A stretch of DNA of 50,773 bases, filler included, from Perkinsus olseni (GCA_013115125.1; 2 parts of 2 records of this genome joined end to end with filler, not necessarily neighbours in it), one strand, 5' to 3'; positions 36,228-48,070 are shown, numbered from the whole stretch's first letter. Numbers and translations: made by a program. Notes: generated by a model not told the origin, from the sequence alone.

Positions 36228-37931
36228 CCGACTACCACCGGTTCTGAGCGCCGGGAACGGTCAGAAACGTCCGTATTGCTACTCCTACTATTATTACTAC
36301 CAGTGCAATGAGATCGGTTGTTGTTATTGGTGTTGTTGAACTTACGTTACTGTTGTTGTCAAAAAAATGCTCTTCATCATTACTATCACTATTGAAGTCG
36401 CTACAGGAATTGTATAATAATGAGAAACCGAAAAGATACTTTGCCATGCGCTAGTATCCGTAGATTGTCATCATCATCATCATCATCAACTAATCAACAT
36501 CTCAAAAGGATATTCCGTTGAGAAAATGCAAGAAGTATCGAGTTTGCAAGTCACGACAATCAACTGGGTGTTTGGTAGCCTTATTGGATTCCTAGGGGAG
36601 CATGATTCACGGCGGAAACTGAACAACAAGATCCTTTGGCTGCGTCGTGATGCTGGTTTGTGATCCCTTGGAAGGCGAGATTTGGTTCAACGGTCGCGTA
36701 GAAGGTATAGTCATCTCGCACCGAATGGCTTGCCACCGAGTAGAGCTCGTCTATGCAGTGGCTGAACGTGTGGTTTAGCTAGGTTAAAACCGGTGAGGTG
36801 AGATCCAGCGGTGTTTTGTGCGCGCAAAGGGACTTCTCGTGTCCCAGACTGGGACTCCCAGTCGAATCGCGCACGCTAGCGGGCCAGGGCCCTGAGCACC
36901 AGCTCGAGTAGTCACATACTCGAAAGCGGTTAGAGCCGACAGGCGTCCTCCTCCTCCTCGCGATGCGTCGGGAGTCCTCACGCATTCATATTTCTTCAGC
37001 CGAGGTCTTCGAGAGAGAATTTGTGCCTGCCGAACCGCGATTGCCGATTGTAAAATCGCATTCGGCCTCGGCTTAGTTTCTCTTAGCGGTACCCTCGCTG
37101 CTACCTGAGGTCCTGTCAGCCTCACTGACGCCAGTGGAGTGCCGCGCTTTGCCCCATCTCGGAGACCGGAGATCCTATAACGCTTTATAATGATACTCAA
37201 TAACTGATCCCCTCCGACAATTCTTAGCGTATCGGGTTATTCGACTCGCGCACTCTCCGATACGGCGCTGCAACTCAGGCGGTGGCATGTTCTCATGCTT
37301 CGCGGGATAAAGTCCCTCAGGCCCTAAACTTCCGTAGTTAGTGACAGCTTTACGAGTCGGAAAAACAGATAAGCTAATAATGTGTGGTGGGGTGTTCGAC
37401 ATCGACATGTAGATGTCGCCTCTGCGGTGCTCCAAAATTCTTGCTAACTAGAGAAATACTTTTCGACGATACTTTATAGTCGACTTGCGCTCATGCCTTG
37501 TGCTGGGGGTCATGGTTATTGTCCCTGAGTATCCGAGGTCGACCAATGCTCAATACAGGCCCGTGGTGGCAGTGATGGAACGTGCCCGGACTTCCGTGCA
37601 CTTCCACTGCTGAGATTAGATCCAGATCATTTATTCTCACTCAACACGAGTCAGCCTATTGAAGGTGCCTTCTTCCAGCGTGATAGTGACGCGACTATCA
37701 CATTCTGCTATCCTGTAAATGCCAGGAAGGATGAAAATGACAATATCAGAGGTATCGATATCTGTTGTATGAGAGAAAAGGTGAATAGAAAGGACCTGTC
37801 ACAGGGCAGTGTGAAGGTGCCGAGGGTGGTAAGAAATTTTGACGGAGATGTATAAAAAACCCGAGAGAAACGCTGATGGTATCGCTGAATGGGCCATCAG
37901 ACGATACGCTGGAACCTTGCGAGACGTCAGG

Positions 37932-38738
37932 TCAGTTGGTCTTGGTGAGAGCCAGGCTGCTCCTGCCGACCGCCACGTACATCGTCTTGTCAGTCGCAAA
38001 GACGACCTGTGATAGATCAAAATCTTTCCAATTCTTGTTGGGGCAAGCAGACTGCATCTTGTTGCGGATGTGACTCAGCGTGCCGAGTCCGAGCGGCTCC
38101 ACAGCGTAATACGTGTACTGCATACCCTGGTCCCTCGGGGCCAGCTTGAATAGGAGGCGAGGTGTTCTTACCCCACCACACTCGGCCGATATACCAACAA
38201 CACCATCCGAACGTACTTGATAACGGAGCTTGAGATGAGGTGCTTCGGGCTCGGCGTATTCGAAGACGCCCGGGGTGAGGCTGTGAGCAACCCTTATGAA
38301 CTCGATCTCTTCGTTACGGGAGTTGGTGGTGAAGCTGTCGCCGGTCGTGTAATGCAGAGTGGCCAAGTCTCTGTCCTGGATACCAGCAAGCGGTTCGTCA
38401 GCCTTCGCCACACCAGCCTCTTTCAACTGCCATGCGATATTACCATAGCAAGTCCGAGCGGACCTGCCGAAGTCCACGTGATAGATATTATTCTCGATGC
38501 GCTCCAGGGAATAGTGGCCACTTGAAGCCCAGGGCCAGCGGGGAGGCAGCCGGTGTGGCGACCCGGACCCAGGCTCGGCCGGGGCCCACGCGGAGGACCC
38601 AATCATCGTTTCACCCTCCTCGTTCACATCGAAGGTTATGTTGTAGACACCACCTCTGTGGACGAACCTGCCGACATCCTGAGCCGTAGTGATGACCAGA
38701 AGTTGAGCGGGGGTGAGTCAAGTTGAGATGAAGTTCAT
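37932..38738 (-). pseudogene. Lineage-specific secreted-protein gene with an in-frame TGA at codon 7
   Basis: ATG 38738: MNFIST*LTPAQLLVITTAQDVGRFVHRGGVYNITFDVNEEG..., then open to the stop at 37932. The TGA is at 38720-38718. Confidence 0.7.
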
Positions 38739-39121
38739 GGATGAGAAATTGGATATACTACGAAGAAACGCGGTGCTGAAGGAAAGCGAAAACCTCGGCC
38801 GTACGATGAAGAACCGCCACGTGAGCCACGATTGACGTGACGTCACGTCACGTCTCGTGTTATGTCACGTGACACAGGATGAGACGTCAGTGGTGGTGCT
38901 ACGCTCCGCCTATGTTTATGTGCGCAGAGTAGTCTGAGCTTGAGGTCTATTTCAAGATCCCTCGTTGAACGTGTGAGTCACAAGCTCCCTTGTGGTCCAC
39001 GTATGAGTAAAAAGACTGCAACACAAGAGGTGGCGGGAGGACGTCACGGGACAGCACGCGAACGCGGTGCCGCCATCGGCCTAGCTAATCCGTTCGACTC
39101 GGCACTACAAGCTGGCCTAAG

Positions 39122-39559
39122 ATGTTGGTTATCGGGACTGCAGTGTTGCTGCTGCTCATCACCTCCTTGGGTGTTGTTGTGCTCGGTGGTATTGAAACTC
39201 CATATGAGAGCCCCTCTACTGCTGGAAGGATACTGTATCCCTTCAAAGCTGGCTTTGAGAACAACAATAATACGATGGTGAAGTCGGTGTATTTCGATAA
39301 GACCTTGGGCGGCACTGTTACCTTCAACCGCGCGTCACCCCAAAGCCTGCCCAATCCATCTTATGCGTGTGGTTACACTGCGAACCAGGGCCCAACGTGG
39401 ATTACCCTTAAGCTCAACAACGGTTGTCTATCTCTCATTCGTGATTCTCGTGGCTACTATGACACAAGCATTCTCAATCACATGGACCTCTGGCCAGACT
39501 ATAGTGTGCTGGCTGTTCCCACAGCTGTTGGACTCCCCGACGATTATTATGAAGTTTGA
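39122..39559 (+). CDS. Small secreted or membrane-anchored hypothetical protein, 145 aa (copy A)
   Basis: Intronless ORF with a hydrophobic N-terminus and two Cys. Length and frame are conserved with the paralog at 41696-42133. Confidence 0.8.
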   Translation: MLVIGTAVLLLLITSLGVVVLGGIETPYESPSTAGRILYPFKAGFENNNNTMVKSVYFDKTLGGTVTFNRASPQSLPNPSYACGYTANQGPTWITLKLNNGCLSLIRDSRGYYDTSILNHMDLWPDYSVLAVPTAVGLPDDYYEV

Positions 39560-40230
39560 TGATATCATGGTAGATGGTACATAGAAGAGCTCCACTTGAG
39601 TAACTCGAGCCGTCTTGGCTCTACTGCAGTGAATCGGGTCTATTACCTTTTTCTAGTTGTTGTTGCTATCACCCGACTCTGCCCGTATTAGTCGCTTCAG
39701 AAGCGAACTTCTGCCATTATTTTCTTTTAGGCAGTGCCCGGTGTTGAATGATTCGTGGGAGCACTAACGATAGTAGGAACAAGCCGAGGTTGACGAATAC
39801 GATAGGCCGGAGAGAGTCCGTATACGAAAAGGCGCAACCACGAGAAGAGCTAACTTGTTAAGATCGATCAACTTCGTATAGGTACGCAAATACAATGGCG
39901 CGTCGAACCCTCACGGCTCTCCTAACAACTCTAACTCCTGGCGAGTGGCGACTTGATTACTGAGCTCGCCACCAGCCCGTCCGGCGGCTGTTATAAACTA
40001 GTCTGACACGGCATATAGCCAGGTGGTTTTTTTGAGTCCCGCAATACCGCCTGCTGCGGGAGAATTACTCCCGTAACCTTAGTTCATCGCCTTAGTCTCA
40101 AGTCCCTCAGTTGTGGTTAAACTTTCTAACCGTGGTCGAGTACTAGTGCCATGCTTCAATGGGTTGCCATCCCTACAGTCACGCTGTCTCGAGATAGTCA
40201 TTCGTCCCTCAGTCTGTTCGCCCCTCCCGC

Positions 40231-40434
40231 ATGGCTGAGGCGACCTCAGTGAGGTCCCTCAGGATAAACAGCCTTCATATTTTCGTCGGCTCCGTGGTGT
40301 CTTCGGCGGTCGTTTCCTAATAGGCCTGCATATTATACAACACATAGTGAAAGGCTTCGTCTGTGGCGGTGGTGATAGCGGCTTAGCCGGGACGCCTATT
40401 GACTTTCGTCTTGAGAGATTACAGTGACCTACAG
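40231..40434 (+). pseudogene. BT1 transporter exon-1 pseudogene fragment
   Basis: Near-identical to 42702-42902 but with a +14-bp scar just after the ATG, further indels and no downstream exons. Confidence 0.9.
40235..40256. repeat. 22-bp 7+8+7 scar (target CTGAGGTC, 1 mismatch) with an unscarred paralog
   Basis: CTGAGGC-GACCTCAG-TGAGGTC. The paralog has only CCGAGGTC at 42706-42713. Confidence 0.9.
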
Positions 40435-41096
40435 GTAGCTCGCTATGGCTGGGCCGAAAGATCTGTCGAACCAGGGAAAGGATCCTTCGTCTTACTGTAT
40501 GCCACCTTTAGCGACAACCGTTCACGAACTCGTAGTTAGCTTCATCGATAGTGTCAGGCGTGAATATAAGACGACTGGCCTCCCATTCACTTGCGGGATC
40601 AGATCGAACCACCAGTGGAAAGATACTCGACGAGTTACTGTTTTGGTCCTGCCAAGCAATGCTACATGACAGGAAGTGATTTATAGGTGGGAGCATGACG
40701 GAATCCTAGCTGTACGCAGGACCACTTGCAGCTTCCTCGACCCCAACCCAAACCCAGCCGCCGTGGCGTGCGTTTTCTTGTTTATGTTAGTGCGCGGCCG
40801 CTAACAATATTTTCCTCGGCGGAGGCGTGTCCAACCAGGTTCAACCTTTCAGACAGTGGGATATGGATCTCATTGCCGTTGGGGAAATTCTTGCCGATTT
40901 TCGTGCGAAAGATAATTTGTAGAAGTCTGCACGCCCTGTACGGAGGTTGCTCGGCGTGTCAATGAAAATTGTGAAACGTGCACCATTTTAGCAGCGAAGC
41001 GTAGTTCTGTCCCCTTCGTGCGCCGCGTCGCGTCAGTCGTACGTGCGAAATGATTGGTTCCTGTCGTGAATGTTTTCGTTTGGCATGGAATTACTC

Positions 41097-41328
41097 CCGG
41101 ACCCAGGCTCGGCCGGAGCATACGAGTAGAAGATCTATTCTGTGCTACTGTATATTTCCGTTCTACTGTAGAACCCAATTAGAGCTTCATCCTCCTCATT
41201 CACACCGGAAGTTATATTGTAGACAGTGTCTGCTAGACTCCATCTCTGTGGACGAATTTGTCGACCTCCTGAGCTGTAGTGATGACCAGAAATTGAGCCG
41301 GGAAGCGCCAAGTTAAGACGGAGTTGAT
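41097..41328 (-). pseudogene. Truncated paralog of the 37932-38738 secreted gene
   Basis: Translates INSVLTWRFPAQFLVITTAQEVDKFVHRDGV*. The start codon is ATC, there is an internal stop, and the 3' part is missing. Confidence 0.8.
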
Positions 41329-41695
41329 TGTTGAGAGATTGGAGATAACTACGAAAAAGGCCGACGTTGAACGACAGCAAAATTCTTAACCGTGCGATGG
41401 AAGCTTAGATGGGAGAGGCCCGAGGCCTGTGTTGTATTCTTCTTACTCATACGTGGAACACAAGGCCAAAGGGAGTTTGTGAGATGGATCTTATGAAAGA
41501 GCTATTGCCCAGACTACTCTGCACGCATAAACATAGACGGAGCGTAACAGCCTGCCCGTCACCGTGTCACCAAGTGGTAACGGGGCGGCGTCACGCTCGG
41601 CTTCGCTCCGCTGTATGAACGCCGCGCTGCCGCCATCGGCTTGGCAAATCTGCAGGCGAGTTCTTTGACTCGGCAATACGAGTTGGCCTTTAATA

Positions 41696-42133
41696 ATGGT
41701 CATCTTCATCACAGTGCTGCTGCTTATCGTCATCTCCATGGGTGTTGTTGTGCTCGGTAGTATTAAAACTCCACCGGAGAGCCCCTCTACTGCTGGAAGG
41801 ATACTGTATCCATTCAAAGCTGGCTTCCAGAACAACAATCATACGATGGTGAAGTCGGTGTATTTCGATAAGACCTTGGGCGGCACTGTTACCTTTCGCC
41901 GCGCTTCATTCCATAGCCTGCCCAATCCATCTTACGCGTGTGGTTACACTGCGAACCAGGGCCCAACTAGTATTACCCTTAAGCTCAACGACGGTTGTCT
42001 AGCTCTGGTTCGTGATTCTCACGGCTACTACGATAGAAGCATTCTCACTAAGATGGACCTCTGGGCAAATTATAGTGTCCTGGCTGTTCCCACAGCCGGT
42101 GGGGGCCTCGACGATTATTATTATGCAGTTTGA
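41696..42133 (+). CDS. Small secreted or membrane-anchored hypothetical protein, 145 aa (copy B)
   Basis: Paralog of 39122-39559 with identical blocks ESPSTAGRILYPFKAGF, MVKSVYFDKTLGGTVTF and LPNPSYACGYTANQGPT. Confidence 0.8.
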   Translation: MVIFITVLLLIVISMGVVVLGSIKTPPESPSTAGRILYPFKAGFQNNNHTMVKSVYFDKTLGGTVTFRRASFHSLPNPSYACGYTANQGPTSITLKLNDGCLALVRDSHGYYDRSILTKMDLWANYSVLAVPTAGGGLDDYYYAV

Positions 42134-42701
42134 TAATATGACATCGTCCCGTGTCCGAGCGAGAAGATGAATATCATCAATCTCATGGCACATGATGTAT
42201 GAGAGACATCACTTGAGTAACTCAAGCCGTCCTGGCTCTGCTGCTGCTGCCGCTGCAGTGAATAAGGTTTAATACCTTCTTCTAGTTGTTTCGCTATTAT
42301 CCGACTCATATTCGTCCCTTCCGTCTTGATAATCTATCCAACAGCTCAGCTGGTATCGCGTTGGTCTACTCTCTTCGTTATTCTTCCGTCTGTAACATAG
42401 ACTCAAGCAACTCCGGAAGATCTCCTCTTGACTGACGACTTGACTAGTGAGTTCCAAGCCACAAGCCCGTCCGAAGGCTGCAATATGTAGGTCTGGCACC
42501 GCATCTGGCCCGGCAATCCGGCCCGCTCCCATAGTCTCAGTTGACCGTCTTAGTCCCTCAGTTGTGGAACCAGTAAGTTGTTAAGTTGTTGACCTCTTGA
42601 AAGTAATTTAGCCTAGTACTAGTGTCACGCTTCGACTGGTTACCGCCTCTACCGCAGTCTTCCGAGAGGTAACCGTCCCACAGTTTGTTCCCCCCTCCCG
42701 C

Positions 42702-44981
42702 ATGCCCGAGGTCCCTCCGGATGAACAGTCGTCTTATTTCCGTCGGCTCCGTGGTGTCTTCGGCGGTCGTTTCCTAATAGGCCTGCATATTATACAACAC
42801 ATAGTGAAAGGCTTCGTCTGTGGCGGTGGTGATAGCGGCCTAGCCGGGACGCCCATTGACTTCGTCTTGAGAGATTACAGAGTGTCTGGTGCTGACCTAC
42901 AGGTAACCCGATATGGCTGTGCCGAAACACTCTCGCACCGGGGACGGAATCTTTTCATCTTTCTTTATGCCACTTTCAGCGACTACCGTTGTCGAACTCG
43001 TAGTTAGCTTCACCGCTAGCGTCAGGCGTCGGTCTGAGACGACCGGCTCCCACTCACTTGCGGGATAGACCGAACGACGGAAGGGTACTTCCTCTTTTCT
43101 CTCAGGTATACCGGAGTGCAGTCGGCATCCCTTGGAGTGTAAAGCCTCTTATAGGTCTCCTTAGTGACCGTCTACCTCTTCTCACCTTCCACAAGCTCCC
43201 TTACATGTTCCTATCGACAGTGGTCGCCGTCGTTGCGATGGCCGTCCTCGCCCAGAAGCCCTCAGCACTCATCATCGCCTTGGTCTGTTTTTTTCTCATT
43301 TTCCTGCAATGCTCTGTGTGCGATCTCCTGTCCGAGGGGATGTATGCTGCTAAATTGAAGAAGCACCCGAGCTGTGGTCCCGACTTGGTCACCTTCGTCT
43401 GGGTCGGTATATCCATTTTTCGAACCTTCAGTGTCGTACTAGCAGGCCCTCTCATAGACACCATCGGCCCCTTCTCTGTCTACTGGATTGCCATACCATT
43501 CGCCGCGCTCCTCCTGCCGGTGGTCGTTTTCAATCTACTCGGAGAGCCTCGTGTGACTCCCGAGACTGATTCCGATGCGAACAGGAAGCCTGTATTCTGG
43601 GAGATGACGTGTTTGTCACTCGTCACTGGGCTAGGCGGTCTTTCTCTGGCGATCTACTCGATCATTGAGACGCAGGTGAGGTCGTGGGTTCAAATCCCAC
43701 GGCATGTATTCCTAGGTCTTCAGTGAGGAAATGCCACCATCGCGTCAGCCTGTCGTAATCGACGACAAACAGTTGCATCGCTCCGCCGAGCATCGAATTC
43801 AGTTACATCGCAAGTGCCTGGCGGCTGGTGTCCTCGGGCTTGCAGTGGTGTCATTATTCACTCTACTCACACGCCCATTGATAGCAAAGCAGAACCTCTT
43901 CATGTTCATACAGAACTGTGTAGCAACGGATGCTTCGGCCTTCTTGTGATTTCGAATATGCTATTCATATAGTAAGGATAACAGCGACACTTTTTATACC
44001 GTCAGTTCTCAACACGACCCGCGGGCGGGCTAGTCGGAGCATCCAGCAGTCTCTCTCGGGGCTGCGAAACTACTACGACAGCGCGATTGAACGGAATCGA
44101 GTTGGTGCGGTCAGATGCACTTCGGAACACACGGCGCTTCCTTCTACTTCTTCACTGACACTCCCGAACAATACCCCGAGGGACCCCACTTCGACACGGT
44201 TTTTTACACGACAACTCTAGGTGAGTGTCCCGGCGTAACGCCGGCGGCGTTCCTTGAGACGGTTGAGTGTCACCCCCTGGCCCCTTCAGGAGTTGTCGCG
44301 TCCGTCTGCAGCCTGGGAGGGATGTACCTCTACAATCGTTACATGAAACATTGGCACTACCCGTGGATCTTCTCGTTCTCCAGCATCTTATGTTCAACTG
44401 TTGGTCTACTCAACATCGTCGTCTATACTCGCTTCAACGTTACCCACCTCGGAATTTCTGATAGAATTTTCGTAATTTCCTCCTCGGCACTAGGCATCGT
44501 GCTCGGTGAATTCAACTGGATGCCCGCTATTGTCCTCCTTAGCCAAAGCTGCCCCCACGGTTTGGAGTCCACCATGTACGCTTTGCTCGCCGGGGCAAGC
44601 AACCTGAGCGCTAATTTGTCCGGCTACTTCGGTGCTATGATTCTCGATCAACTCGGTGTCACCCCTGACGGTTCCCCTGATGAAGGGTCTAAGTTTTCAC
44701 GTCTATGGGAGGCGAGTCTGCTGTCGTGTGTTGCGCCATTGGTGCCGTTGGTGTTGGTACGGTGGCTAATACCAAATGCCCGGCAGACCGATTCATTGTT
44801 GATCGAGGAGCCTTCGGATCCTTGCCACGACAGCCTGTGGCGGAGAATAAGGTCCGCGTGGCGCGGAAGGAAAAGTGCCGGCAGTTTTGTAGAGATAAAA
44901 ACTGAAGAGCTCGATACGTTGACGGACGGCGAGAGTGATTGTAGTGAGGAGGTGAGCAACAGGGGCCTACTCTCTTGTTGA
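42702..44981 (+). CDS. BT1-family folate/biopterin (pteridine) transporter, MFS, multi-exon
   Basis: QHIVKGFVCGGG, IPWSVKPLIGLLSDRLPL, CSVCDLLSEGMYA, FYFFTDTPEQYPEGPHF, WMPAIVLLSQSCPHGLESTMYALLAGASN, plus many hydrophobic helices. Confidence 0.93.
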
Positions 44982-45275
44982 GCGGGAGTCGCAGGGGTCG
45001 CCGTAATTTCGAGTTTGATACGGTTGGGCTGCGAAAGAGTTACTTGGTCTCAGGTTGTGGATGGTCCAAGCGCATTAGAATAGCCCATGGATCGATGAAT
45101 CGGATAATATCCATGTCAATATTTATTTCATATGGTTTCATGCCTCTTCTGAGTTGTGTTATCTGAGTAATCGCGAAGGGTTGGTTAGAAGGGACAAGTC
45201 ATACAGTTCATAACGAGGAAATCAGCGGCAATACAGTGCTCCACATTAATTTGGAATATCGTTTAAAAATTAAAC

Positions 45276-45297
45276 CTCGTCAATGACGAGTCGTCAT
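45276..45297. repeat. 22-bp 7+8+7 scar (target CTCGTCAT, perfect)
   Basis: CTCGTCA-ATGACGAG-TCGTCAT. Confidence 0.9.
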
Positions 45298-45370
45298 CGA
45301 GCCATCCAAAACGATTATTCTGACCAATCAAAAACGAGCGCTGAGCGGGTTTCCCGGATATGCAAGCACA

Positions 45371-46060
45371 CTTCGCCACTCGGGCTGTATCATGACCCCT
45401 AGTTTAACTTTTCGAGAGCATCTTGATGGCAGACTAACGCTCGCGAAGCAGGCTGGAAATGTTGCAATCCGCCAATGTGGTGCTGTTATGGGAAAGAGAC
45501 AGGGCGGCCCTGTCAGAGCCTATCGGTGAGTGTTCGTAGAGATTTATAAAAGGATCATCCTCCCAATTATTCTTTATGCTCACGGGGTTTGGGGCTGTTT
45601 CATTGGCAATAGATGTACCAGAGACAAAATTGATTCAGTAGGATCGGCTTTCCTCAAAAGAGCACTCAGAGTCAGAATGAGCACCTCCCCGAGGTCGTTG
45701 TATATTGCGTCAGGTGTTATGCCCCTTTCGCATCTTGTAACGAGAAGAATAACCATCACACAGATGTGTAGATCCGTCGCGTTCGTGTTCATTACACCAT
45801 TACTCACCTGTAGATTTACATGAACTTCTCTTCCTGAGATCGGCAACACATTACCAACAACGACCACCAACCAGGAACAAGCTGCAATTGTCAGACTTTC
45901 AGACACTTTAAGTATGCTAACTTAGCATTGCTGAGTATCATACTTAGCATTCCGACAGCCGGAGGGACTGCAGCGACAAGGCTCAATTCCTTAAAAATGT
46001 GAATCACGCTCTTTCCAGAACAACAAGTCGCGATGAGTGTATACACTGATTGATCTCAGT
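45371..46060 (+). mobile_element. Decayed non-LTR retrotransposon: RT thumb region and RNase H start
   Basis: GCIMTPSLTFREHL...IYKRIILPIILYAHGVW...LKRALRVRMSTSPRSLYIASGVMPL, and VYTD*S near 46038 (VYTDGS-like). Stop codons present. Confidence 0.7.
45914..45935. repeat. 22-bp 7+8+7 scar (target ATGCTAAG, 1 mismatch)
   Basis: ATGCTAA-CTTAGCAT-TGCTGAG. Confidence 0.8.
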
Positions 46061-46723
46061 TCATGGATAATCACAACCCGTTCAGAGTTTGGTTAGCCAA
46101 TGATTGGTGTTGATACCCAATTGTTGTGGCCGTGGCGTTGTGTTAAGCCTGTCCCCCTTTCGTAGCTTATTGTTGGCACGAAGCTTGTCACGCCGCAGCT
46201 GCCGGTGTAGACTATTCTTGTATTGTATGTTCTATAGTTACTTTCTATACTTCTTCTACTTGTGTTGAGATGACTGGGACGCCACAACACTCTACGAACG
46301 ATGAGGGCAACAACAATTGACTGCCAATCACTTCGTGTTCCCCGACCGAAGAGCCCGACTGAACAGGATTGGAGAGCCAGCTCGTTGGCTGGTAGTCTTG
46401 AACATTCAGGAACCACAGCCGTTCCGTTGGATGCACACGAACAATTATAAGAGAAGAAAGATTGAAACTAAAGTTGTATGTGCCACAAATAGATCCAAGC
46501 ACTCCGTGAATCGATAAAAAGTTTTAATTTAAAACCCCCGTCCCGAATCCAGAAGGAACACTTCCTGGCAGTCACTGCCAATAACGGTGAGGAAGGCGCA
46601 GCCGAGACGTCGAGCCTTGAAACCATTATCCGCGACTGTCACAGCTGGGCGTTCGCGTATCAGGAAAGAGAGAGGCTAAGGAGGTTATTGGGCACCCGAC
46701 CTATGATAAGCCTGCTATCAGGA

Positions 46724-46745
46724 CCCGAACCGTTCGGGCCGAACG
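46724..46745. repeat. 22-bp 7+8+7 scar (target CCCGAACG, perfect)
   Basis: CCCGAAC-CGTTCGGG-CCGAACG. Confidence 0.9.
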
Positions 46746-47494
46746 AGAAGCAGAAAGACCCACAAGGGATACTACAGGGGAGACCAGGGCATTCAGTTCG
46801 TTATCTACACGCCCCAAACCAGCCGATCACTGTGGAAGCTCTTTCACCGACCGTCGAAAAGGCAGAGTTCGGGTCCACGGTGCGCTGCCTCGGTGTGCCG
46901 CCTCAAGGCAGAGTTTGTTACAAGCCGACTCGCCTTTCCGTCTCTCATAAGGCTCGACCGAAACGCAAACCTACAGTCAAGACGAATGGCATGGCTGCAG
47001 TGCAGCGGCTGCCCCACCTAGTAAATTCGAAGCGACGTGAACCTCTGCGTCCACGATGCGCAGCAAGGCGCCCACAAAGCAAGTCGGGAGTTCATTCCTT
47101 ACACGCGGAACAGTAGTATTAAGTTCCAGTTCGATCAGAGCCACCAGCGGTGGCCTACTACAAAAACAAGAATAAGTGACCCCGTGAAGTGGTTCGGGGA
47201 GATGAAGATTGCCCTTCTCATCTCCCCCTCGGTGTTTTTATTCTATGAGAAAACCCCAAACCTATCGTGCCTTATCAGGCTGGGCCCGAATGACACACCA
47301 AATTTCCTACGCCAAAAGGTTCTATGGGTTGTATCGGGAAAGCCGCTGAAGTAGTGTCCAGTGGACACTCCTTGAGAAATTTCATGCGCCAAAATGTCCC
47401 CGGATGAGCCGACTCGGATGATGAATCGACGAGTTCATGTTCATCCTGGACACCCGGGATGTACACAGTAACATTCCTCCAGTTGGGGTTTCCG

Positions 47495-47516
47495 CCCTTA
47501 CGGTAAGGGCCTTACC
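47495..47516. repeat. 22-bp 7+8+7 scar (target CCCTTACC, perfect)
   Basis: CCCTTAC-GGTAAGGG-CCTTACC. Confidence 0.9.
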
Positions 47517-47870
47517 CAGCCGGAACCGGAACCCTTCTGCGCCGAAATTCCCCGCATGATAGAACGGTTCTGCCATGCGGGGCATTTCTACTAGAACCTA
47601 TTGAGCCTTTGATGTGGGTCCATGGCAACCACTACCATGTAGTACACCCAACAATCAAACGTGCTTTATCGGTCTTGGTCTACTTTCGAGGTGCAAGGTG
47701 AACCGGTGGACTGCTTCGAGAAGGGAAAACCAGCCCACATCCACGCAAAGCAAGACACAAGTGAGCGAGTAAGGTTCACAGGCAGTCCACCGTGCGCAAA
47801 AGGTCTATCTCGTCTTGTTCAGCTTAGAATGGAGTGTCTAAAAGACAACGGGACACACGCATCACCAATG

Positions 47871-47947
47871 CAAGATACTACCACCCCCCACCCCCACTAC
47901 AAGAGTCTTGTAGTGGGGGTGGGGGTGGTAGTATCTTGTAACAAGAC
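47871..47947. repeat. 68-bp odd-centred palindrome; long scar (target TACAAGAC)
   Basis: Arms of 34 and 33 bp around G47905. Left is TACAAGA+G; right is ...TCTTGTA+ACAAGAC (47941-47947). Confidence 0.85.
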
Positions 47948-48070
47948 CCCGGAGCACCCAACTTGGGTGACCCAAGTCACCAATACAGAGCGTACCACCC
48001 ACACTCCTACTACCGGACAAAGGAAAGCTGGGATTATTGGCAACTATTGTCGGATAGAAACTATCCATTA

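Larger units (their letters stand above)
38563..43080. repeat. Tandem segmental duplication: copy A ~38563-40610, copy B ~41097-43080
   Basis: Both copies have the same order: 5' part of the minus-strand secreted gene, the 145-aa plus-strand gene, then BT1 exon 1 and intron 1. Confidence 0.9.

Noticed and set aside
15600-38720. Possible stop-codon reassignment (TAG=Glu at 15600, TGA=Trp at 38718)
   Set aside because: The cyclin, OAT, P4H and BT1 exons I translated have no internal stops, and genes here end in TGA, TAA or TAG. Both affected genes or their paralogs show other decay, so these are most likely nonsense mutations.
39606-39625. AGCCGTCTTGGCTC as a relic spliced leader (also ~42224 and ~771)
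   Set aside because: Only a short partial match, not placed directly before a start codon, and more diverged in the paralog.
46500-47760. Possible minus-strand LINE endonuclease remnant (similar hints at 36600-37440 and 17250-17720)
   Set aside because: Motifs are too degenerate to support a call by eye; a translated HMM search is needed.
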